A stretch of 62,682 nt of DNA, counting the filler, from Kipferlia bialata (taxonomy: Eukaryota): assembly GCA_003568945.1 (NCBI GenBank). It is 4 parts of 4 records of this genome, joined end to end, with 100 filler letters (N's around TTAATTAATTAA, not from the genome) between each part and the next. Parts side by side here need not be neighbours in the genome. Positions count along the whole stretch, not along the records: positions 47,114 to 62,682 come from BDIP01000687.1; 3 more parts are not named here. One strand, written 5' to 3'. The notes beneath the pieces are model-generated. The model did not search any database and had not been told where the DNA came from. It saw only the letters and a list, made by a program, of their open reading frames with translations. Made by a program: the position numbers and the translations under genes. Shown in pieces: positions 53,623 to 62,682 of this stretch. Each line of letters opens with the position of its first letter. Positions within the stretch are counted from its first letter, which is position 1.

Positions 53623-56600
53623 ATGTACCTGTGTCTGCCTGGCCAGTGCCAGGTCACTCTCCTTCTCCAGCCTAGACCTCAGGGTGGACTCGAGGGTCTT
53701 GGAAGACAGGGCGGCAGTGTCCTAGGGGTAAGGCAAGGGTATATGACATAGAGGGAGAGAGAGACAGAAGGTCTTGGAGGACAGGGCGGCTGTGTCCTGA
53801 AGTATAAGATAACAGGGAGAGAGAGAGAGAGAGAGAGAGAGACTTAAAGGACAGGGCGGCAGTGCCCTAGGGGTTAGACAAGTATACAAACATGAACACG
53901 GAAATATATTCACGATAAGCTTCATTACACACCTGTGCGTCAGGCTGCATACTGGGTATGGCATATACATATATCTGGATATATCCACATATATATACAT
54001 ATATATATATATATACATGCTCTCAATACCTGTGCGTCTGGCTGCATACTGGGCCTGACAGGCAGACTGCCGCTCTTGCCACCAGTGCCCATGCTAGGGG
54101 GGGCACGGCCACTGATCAGGTATCTAGAGGGTAAGACATAGAAAAGAATACTAAAAGTCACACATATATACATTCGATAGGGGGGAAATGCTCACTGATC
54201 AGGAAACTGGAAGGCCACAATAGGTGAGTACAGATTACCCCACACAAAGGATATTTCATATGCACAGACACGTACACGTCCAGCTGTCCGGCAGAGTCAA
54301 ACACTGCAAACAGGCTGTTCTGGCAACAAGGTACGATAAGGCAGCCTGGAGGTAAGATCCAAATAACACATAGTATGTATAAATATGGTGAGAGAGTGTG
54401 TTAGCTGTGTACCTGGCTTCTGGATCGACAAAAACAGTACATACAGTCGACTCGGCATACAGTATATCGGCATATACAGATAATATATGATAATATATGT
54501 CATCTATATGTGCTGTACCTGGCTTCTGGAACAGCTGTGTGCAGCATCTCCAGTATGTGTTCTGGACAGTCAGGAGCCAGTCGGCACCGTGCTGGGGGGT
54601 AAGACAAGGAAGGAAAATAATAGGACATGGCAAGTCAATATTGAAGAGTACACTATGTACACTACCTGTGATGGTTGTGTCCTGAGGGGCTGGCAGACAA
54701 GCTCACCTGGTATCAGACATGATAGAGAAAGAGAGAAAGGAGAGAGAGATAAATGCAGTGCATTGAACTCACCGGTTGATGTAGCACTGAGCACTGTGTC
54801 GGCTATGAGTGATGAGGCAGTGATGCCATAGACATTGACCACAGAGAACTCGGGGGAGTGGCCAATGGCCTGAAGGGGTTAGGGGTGGGGGGGTGGGGGG
54901 GGGGGGTTAGAGTATACTGATACAACAGAGGATGGGTTCACTAACTAGTATATACATGTCATACACACCTGAGTGGGCCTCGCAATACCGAGCTGGCTCA
55001 TCAGGGACTTGAGGCTGGGGTTAGGGGGAGAGGGAGATATGATAATACTTTGGATACTATAGTAGTAGAATGGCCTGGAGACACATATAACCATCATATA
55101 CCTGGCCTTGTTGCCGTGCTCTGGGTGGAGTGCCCTGACAAAGTCACTGTACAGCGTGTCAACCTGGGGTGAGGCCTATACGAAGTATTTTAATACATAC
55201 TATGTATGTTCACATACACACTGTATATATACGGCACACCATACCTCCAATAACGACAGGTCTGGGTGCCCCACCAGACATGACTGGACAGGGGCAGTCT
55301 CCCTGAGGCCGGGGGTCTTGTCCTCTCTCTCCCCCTCTGCCTCTGTCTCACCCTCTCCCTCTCCAGGTGGGTGGGTCAGGAACTGGCTGGTCTCAAACAG
55401 ATACACATGGGCACTGCGCCACTTGGACCTGGGGGGTGAGACATCTCAACAAACTAATGCATATGACTGGATGTGCACATAGTACCATACCTAGCAGCTG
55501 CGAGAGTACCACTGAATGGCGACAGACACAGCACCCTCCCCTGGCTGTCTCTCTCCTCGTCCTCATCGGGTATCAGCATCTCAGTGCCCTCGTCATCGCC
55601 AACCATCACAGTGCGGACCTGGAGTGAGAGTGATAAAGTAATATCTATATCTATATATATATATAAATACACATATATATAAATAGAGAGAGAGATGATA
55701 ATGATAGTGCCCTCGTCATCGCCAACCATCACAGTGCGGACCTGGGGTTAGGTACATACATATATTTGAGAGAGAAGTTAGTATTTATAGAGAAAGAGAT
55801 TAGCAGAGATATAGAGACGTATTGTGATACATACCTTCTTAGCCTTCTTCCCCCCTCTCCTCTGCCCAGCTGACAGGGACTGGCCCACATAGGGCTGGGC
55901 ACCCTCGGACATCTCAACCTGCGGTGATGAAGACGAAGAGAGAGAGAGACATACACAAATAGAGGTAGAGTATACCTTGACTGATGCGCACAGCTTGTCC
56001 TGGGACCCAGGCAGTATGTACAGAGACATGAGTTCGTATCTCACTGGCAGCACTGTGTCTGCATAGGGGTTGACGGCATTGCGCTCATCAGCTAGGGCAC
56101 CCTCCTGCGAGTAAGTACCAACAAAACATACAAGTAATAAGATACATATATATATAGAGTATGTAGAGTACGTATATATACCTGGGCTGCCCCGCTGAAG
56201 TCCTCCCCGCCCTCGAGTGCCTCCAGGGCAGACAGGGCGTCCAGGGCACCCTGCTCGGCATCCTTGCCTGTACTGTGAGTATAGTGAAGAGTAGTACACA
56301 AATACGTCCATTAATAGAAGACATGAGAGTACTATTAGTCTTCCATATGCTACCATACCTCCTCTGGTGGTGTTTGCGGCGTCAAGGCTCTCGAGTCTCT
56401 CCTTCTCTAGCCTGGGGGTGAGGCTAGTGTACACACATATATACCAAATATGAATAGACAGCAAAAGAAGAATTCGTACTATGAAAGATAGTATTGTATA
56501 CATACATACCTGACCAGTGACTCCTCGAGGGGTCTGGGCAGCAGAGTACACGTCATATGAAATAACGTATTATATGGTATATAGGACATACATATATATA

Positions 56601-59401
56601 CCAGTATGTCATTACCTGGCCAGTGACTCCTCGAGGGGTCTGGGCAGCAGAGTACATGTTATACATATAATAATAGTGAATATGTAGAGTATACAGTGCA
56701 TATACCAGTATGTCTTTACCTGACCAGTGACTCCTCGAGGGGTCTGGGCAGCAGAGGCTTGGGGAGCTTGATAGTGTGTCTGATGACAGAGGCATCGTCC
56801 ACACTGCCTGAATGTTAATAATTAGTGTATCTATGTATATATACTACAACGCATACGTATTTCCGCACCGGTGACATCCAGAGAGTCTGCCACAGCCACG
56901 CCCTTCTCCTTGGTATGTAACACAANNNNNNNNNNNNNNNNNNNNNNNNNNNNNNNNNNNNNNNNNNNNNNNNNNNNNNNNNNNNNNNNNNNNNNNNNNN
57001 NNNNNNNNNNNNNNNNNNNNNNNNNGGTAGGATACCTGTGACATCCAGAGAGTCTGCCACAGCCACCCCCTTCTCCTTGGCCAGCTTGGCCTGGGCACGG
57101 CGGTACTTCCTGGTGTTAGACACTGTATACATACTACTATATATGGCTATATAGAGACAAATGGAGAGAGTGGCTGGGCACGGCGGCACTTCCTAAAGGA
57201 TGAGAGAAGATATACTACATACATGTATCACTAGTTAGTGTAAACTACACTGGGCACTGAAGTCCTAACTCAACGCACAGGGACAATGCGGGACGACGGG
57301 TATCACAGGTGGGTGTTTTATATATGTATGTCTCTATCATACCTGGTTGTGCTGACGTCTGGCAGAGGCATGGTCACAACAGCATTGGTGGGGTCGGCAC
57401 CTGGAGGTGGGTACGGTAAAGTTCTGAGTACCCATTATAACATATATAGATACATATACACTACAGTACCTGCCAGATGCACCACCATGACGGGGTGTGT
57501 ATATGAGTACAATAACAATAATGATACATAAGTATATATATAGCGTATATAGAGAATGTGCATATCATGTACACTACAGTACCTGCCAAGTGCACCACCA
57601 TGACTGGGTGTGTGTCTGGGCTGGATGGCAGGAGAAGGGCAGTCTTGGCAGGCCTCAGCTTGGGCTCCTCTGTCTCACCCTGTGCCATGGGGCCATCGAG
57701 GGGAGAGGGAGAGGTGGAGACAGGCTAAGGGGTGAGTGATAGTGTGGGTGAGGGGGTATAGAGAGAGAATCTATGTTTAGGGGCCATCGAGGGGGGAGGG
57801 AGAGGTGGAGACAGGCTGAGGAGTGAGTGATAGTGTGGGTGAGGGGGTGCTGGAGAAATACTCATATATATACCCCATACCTCTGTCTTCCCTGCCCCCA
57901 GCCTGTCCTTCTTGATGAATACACTACATATACATATATATACATGCATATAAATATATATATACATATATAACAATATACCTCTGTCTTCCCTGCCCCC
58001 AGTCTATCCATCTTGATGAATCCAAGGGGGTCTAGCTGGGCACCGTCATCATCGAACAGGAACACCTCCTGCCCAGCAGACACGGTGAGGACAATGGCCT
58101 TCTTGCCAGCTCCTAGGGGTGAGAGAGGTAACACGACAGATAGAGAGAGAGAGAGAGAGATCTAGCAATGACACGTTCACTCCTCGTACCGTAACCCTTG
58201 CTCTTGCCCGTTGATATCTGGGCGTGTCTCAGGATGGACACAATGGGGTGGTCGTGGGGCCTGGGGGTGAGCAAGGAAACAATACATATCAACGCAATAC
58301 CGGATGTAACTATAAATATACTATATATACAATGTCTATACCTGGATGATGCAATGAGCCTGAGCTTGCAGGACGTGCCCTTGAGGAACACCCTCTCGTG
58401 CATGGACCGGTCATCCCTGCCACGCTTCACAAGCACCATCTCCCTAAGGGGTGAGAGAGGGACATCAACAATATATACACATGTATATATGCGATAGATA
58501 TATACTAATGGCTGCCACGCTTCACAAGCACCATCTCCCTAAGGGGTAAGCGAGGATGGGAGGGTGTGGATATAGTTAAGGTATTCAATACATATGAATG
58601 ACACTGTTATTGAAACGATGTACCTGAGTGATCCATCGACATATCCCACAAACAGCCTGAGCTGCTGGGTGCCAGTGGGGGCCTGGGGGTGAGAAATTGA
58701 ATGATGTGTTGTATATATACTGATTGAGATAGGAATGATGTTTGGTGTCAGTGGGGGCTTGAAGCTGATACATAGGATCAATATGGATACCAAACACTAT
58801 ACGTACCCAGAGCAGTGATGTGACGCTGATGGGCACAGACATCTTGGGAGGGGACTGGTGGCCGGCAATGACAGTGCCTAGGGGGTGAGGATGTTTATAA
58901 AAATTACTAATGATAGTTAGAAAGACTGGGGGTCCCACACGTACCCTTTGTGAGGTCGTGAATGAAGACTGTTCCCTCTGTGGATGCTGAGGCCACGACA
59001 GGCAGCGTGGGGTGGGCAGCAACAAGGCCTGAGGGTAAGAGAGGAATCAATAAATATAGGGGGGGGCTGCCGATAAATGCATAGTGTGTATGTGCATATA
59101 TCCTGACCTGCAGGCAGTTCGAATGGGAGGGGCACTGACTGCGTTGTGTCCATCTCTCCAGCACCCAGCCTGGCCAGGGAGGAGCCAACCTGGAGATAAG
59201 CAAGATACAAAGAACCTTGAGATAAGCAGCAGAGAGAGAGAGATAGAGAGACTGCACCCACCTCCATGATCCCCCCGTTACCCTCGTGTGCCCTCCTCAT
59301 GAGAGTGAGGTCATAGGACTTGGAGTCGAGGACATACACACCACCTCTGGCATCCTGTAGCACATAGTCAGACCGGAAGGCACCCTCCTCCAGGGGCTGG
59401 T
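47166..59401 (-). CDS. CFAP44: cilia- and flagella-associated protein 44 (WDR52)-like; both ends missing
   Basis: WD40 region YVLQDARGGVYVLD, LFVGYVDGSLR, RPHDHPI, VFLFDDDGAQLDPLGFI; coiled-coil tail with AMFKKTVK, an acidic patch, ELAVYESEKKEDLNAL and VLYTLSDLERL, in the order recalled for CFAP44. Confidence 0.8.
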
Positions 59402-59784
59402 CTGGGGTGAGTGTGAGAGGAGGTAGATAAGTTAGCGTAGTAAGAGAGAGATGAAGAGAGAGACGAAGGCGCCCTCCTCCAGGGGCTGGTCTGAAGTGAG
59501 CCTAAGAGAAGGTAGAGAAGGGTGGTATGGGATGGGGGGGGGGGGGGGCCGGGGGAAAATAGGGGGGGGGGGCCTTCTCAGAGTCGTGTGTCCAACTCTT
59601 ACATGCATGCATGTATGCATGTACATGCATGCTGCTTCCCTCTCTTCTCTTCTTCCCCCCCCCTTCTCTCGGATATACCAACTCCCAGCTACCTTCTCAG
59701 GGTACAGTGAAACTGATAGCGATGCAGGCTATATCTCTACATTTGTATATGTATACAATGTATATACAATACCTCTACCCCCAG

Positions 59785-61020
59785 CTACCTCGTCAAGGTA
59801 TTGATGCTGGGGGATGACTCAGTAGGCAAGTCCAGTCTGCTGACAAGATACGTGGAGGGGAGGTGCGGCATGGTGTTACACAATTTGTGTAGTGTCACCA
59901 TCACTTACTAAGCACACCTTCTCTCTCTCTTCTCTCTTCCCCCCCCCCCCCTATATTGAGTATGTTTCTCCTTTTCCATTTTTCCGTCTACCCCCAGCTT
60001 CCGTCTAGACACTCTCTCCACCATAGGAGTGGACTTCAAGTCCAAGGACGTGGGGGTGGGGAACATGAGGGTTAGGCTGCAGGTAACATACTAAATGATA
60101 ATAGTAGTACATACACTGCAGCATTGAGAAGGGTCAGGCTTCAGGTACCCACAGATCATCTCTCTTACAAGTGGAGTCTCACTTCGTTCTCCCACTCACA
60201 CTCTAGATATGGGACACATCTGGGCAGCAGAGGTACATGAGCATAACAAAGGTATAGACTCTATACCGTATAGAGTCTAGTCTATTTTCATACACTCCCA
60301 TGAAACCTCTCACCCCAAACCTACTTCCGCCTTGTCTCGTGTGTCCTGCTGGTATATGACACATGCAGTAGACAGAGCTTCGACAACCTTGCATACTGGA
60401 GAGAGGTGCTCTCTGCCAATGTCTGTGACCCATCACTCATTCTGCACACGGTACTGGTTGGCACAAAGACAGACAGAGGGGGGGACAGAGAGGTATGGTA
60501 ATGGTGATAAGATAAGGAGAAGGGGCCACTGGCCCCATTTCTATACTTCTGCCACGATAGGAAAGTATCAGTATGCACAGCTAGTTGAACGTAGCTCCCT
60601 CTCATTGATCCTAGGTTTCCACTGAGACTGGTGCTGCATATGCAAAGGAAAATAGCATGATGTATGTTGAGACATCGGCACTGGAGGTAGGGTAGACGTA
60701 TACAACTGGATAGGCAGCGATAACCATGTTCACCATTCACCCTCCAGGGCACCAATGTCTCCTCTGCCTTCCACCCCTTGGCCCATGCAGTGTGTGCAGA
60801 CATAGAGAGTGGGAGAGTGGGGGATGGGGTGTTCACACCCTACCTGGAACACTCAGGTTAGACAGGCCACTTGACACCCGATGACTGGTAATACTGTGTT
60901 GTGGTACTGTGCACAATGCATTACATAAGTTCACAACCCCGCCCCTCACCCCCAGACTCTGAGGGTGGGGCCGTCCACGTAGAAGCGGCGAGGGAAGAGC
61001 GGGTGTCACGATGTTTCTAA
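59785..61020 (+). CDS. Rab-family small GTPase (first exon missing)
   Basis: Exons give YLVKVLMLGDDSVGKSSLLTRY / STIGVDFKSK / IWDTSGQQRYMSITK / TYFR..LLVYD..LVGTKTD / YVETSALE / ...SRCF*; G1-G5 motifs and Rab IGVDF motif present. Confidence 0.9.
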
Positions 61021-61357
61021 TATCGGTACTATTGTCTCAACAGAGACAGGTCAGAGCTGATTACAGGGAGGTTCTTGAGATGAAATGGTGTATTGAATAG
61101 GGCTACATCAAAGAATACCATGTCGACTCCAAACTCAAACACCCATATGACTCTCTGACGACTTCACTAGTATTTCATGTGCTGGACACTCTGCCTAAGA
61201 CAGAGTAACCCATGTATGTAGTGTCCTTTCTGACCTAAAACCTGACAGTGTAGAGGAATATCACAGAGTGTAATTGAACACGTGAAAAAAGGGTTACCTT
61301 CATGTCACACTGTGACTCACACATCTTTCTGTCTCTACTATCAATAGACCTTGACGC

Positions 61358-62551
61358 ATGTCCAGGGTCTTACCCCTGCCTGGTCCTGACGGCCGCATAG
61401 ACTGGAGGCCCCTGGAGACATGGCCCAGTGGACAGGGGTACAGCCATGTCAAGGTGTGGTATACATCTCACAATCAACTACTCTTACAATCCATCGGCTT
61501 TCTCTGACTCCCGCTTCCCCCACCCCCCTCCCTCCTACACACACGCTCGGGGTATATAGTATCCCTGTTGTCACTCATTCCAGGGTGCCCCGATGCCTGA
61601 GTGGAACATACCAGACCCAGTGTATGGCAGGTAAGTATGATGTATACACAGTCTACAGTTACGCACTCGTGTGAGTCCCCCCCCCCCTCACCCAGGCGAT
61701 TTGCCCGTGGACAGGCCATTGACCCCACCCAAGTCAACTCGGTATGTACCCCCCATACTCACACCATCCGTTGATAATGCACTCTCATGTGACATGTACA
61801 TCTATTTTGTGTCAGTGTCAGTCTGGTCATACATGCTCCATTCCTTCTCTCTCTCCTCTCCCCGTCCCCCTCCTCCCACCCCACAGGTATTCCCTGATCA
61901 AGGTGTGACCCTGACCTGCCATGACATGCAGACACAGGCAGAGGGGATAGGGAGGCATGATATGTATGAATGGAACTTCATGTATATATGGACTGATAGA
62001 CTGTACTTACTGTACATGACTCCCATCCAGACACAGACAGAGGGGATAGGGAGTCATGGTACAGCGTATAGAGAGTATGCATTGATATCCACCTCCTGAC
62101 TGACACCAGGGGTCTGTACTCCCTAGGCACAGAGGCAGGACAGCCTGTGGCAGTGGCTCTTCCCAACACAGCAGAGGGTATGCATACATAAGTATCAAAG
62201 TGTGATATCATGCGGTCTAAGTATATGCATACCACATTTCTCTATTTCTTTCCCTCTATACCCCCACCCCCAGCTGCCACCTCTATGGTAGGCATCATGT
62301 CGAGTGGGTTCATCCTGGTGTTTGTGTCTCCTAGTGACGCAGTGGAGCTGGGCAGACGCCTCTCTGCCACCCACTGTGCGGCACTCATTGTACAGAGACA
62401 GTACCAGGGGAGGTGGGGGTAGAACAACTTCGCGTCACTATTCCTGAGTTGTCATCTAGTGTATTCTATTCCGAATAGAATTTCTAGTCGTGACCCCAGG
62501 GACACCATTGCCATGCTTGAGTCGATGCCTGAGGCAGAAGGGGTGATCAAG
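61358..62551 (+). CDS. AMP-dependent acyl-CoA synthetase (ANL superfamily), 5' part
   Basis: ATG 61358; spliced LTCHDMQTQAEGIGRGLYSLGTEAGQPVAVALPNTAEAATSMVGIMSSG..ELGRRLSATHCAALIVQ matches the typical ANL N-terminal pattern; runs off the window. Confidence 0.75.
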
Positions 62552-62682
62552 GTATGGCGGGAGAATCAGTGCTATAGGGACGGAAAGGAAGTACCACAGT
62601 TGGACTAACAATCCATCAACAATTACGAACTCAGACAGTGTCCAAGTTGGACAGTCGGAGCCTCCGACGGAATATTCCGATG

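Noticed and set aside
59788..59871. Minus-strand ATG exon (MPHLPST...) as the CFAP44 start
   Set aside because: Its phase does not match the next exon, and the plus strand here is clearly the Rab G1 exon.
1..62682. Most short ORFs in the supplied track (IYIY-, SLSL-, ERER-, VCVC-rich or X-containing)
   Set aside because: They are translations of intronic microsatellites, antisense frames or N-runs.

Overview
Intron-rich eukaryotic DNA, not prokaryotic. The fused branch-point/acceptor motif CT(A/C/G)ACCCC(C)AG, GA/TA-microsatellite introns, kelch genes, flagellar CFAP44 and hydrogenase maturase HydF suggest an anaerobic fornicate flagellate, most resembling Kipferlia bialata (inference, not database-checked). 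The window is four unrelated ~15.6-kb scaffolds (1-15611, 15712-31319, 31420-47013, 47114-62682) joined by 100-nt N/TTAATTAATTAA spacers. Manual splicing gives a DUF4470-like gene, HydF, NFRKB, CFAP44/WDR52, a Rab GTPase, an AMP-dependent synthetase, an FG-GAP membrane protein, a kelch protein, a secreted ependymin-like fusion protein and several hypotheticals. Two unusual signals stand out. (1) Many introns contain tandem, truncated 'echo' copies of the flanking exon halves. They keep their splice site and differ from the real exon mostly by synonymous changes, although they cannot be translated as they stand. (2) Conserved protein motifs require non-canonical GT-AT and GT-AA introns, whose acceptor appears to be set by position after the branch motif. 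All gene models and family calls are by eye.
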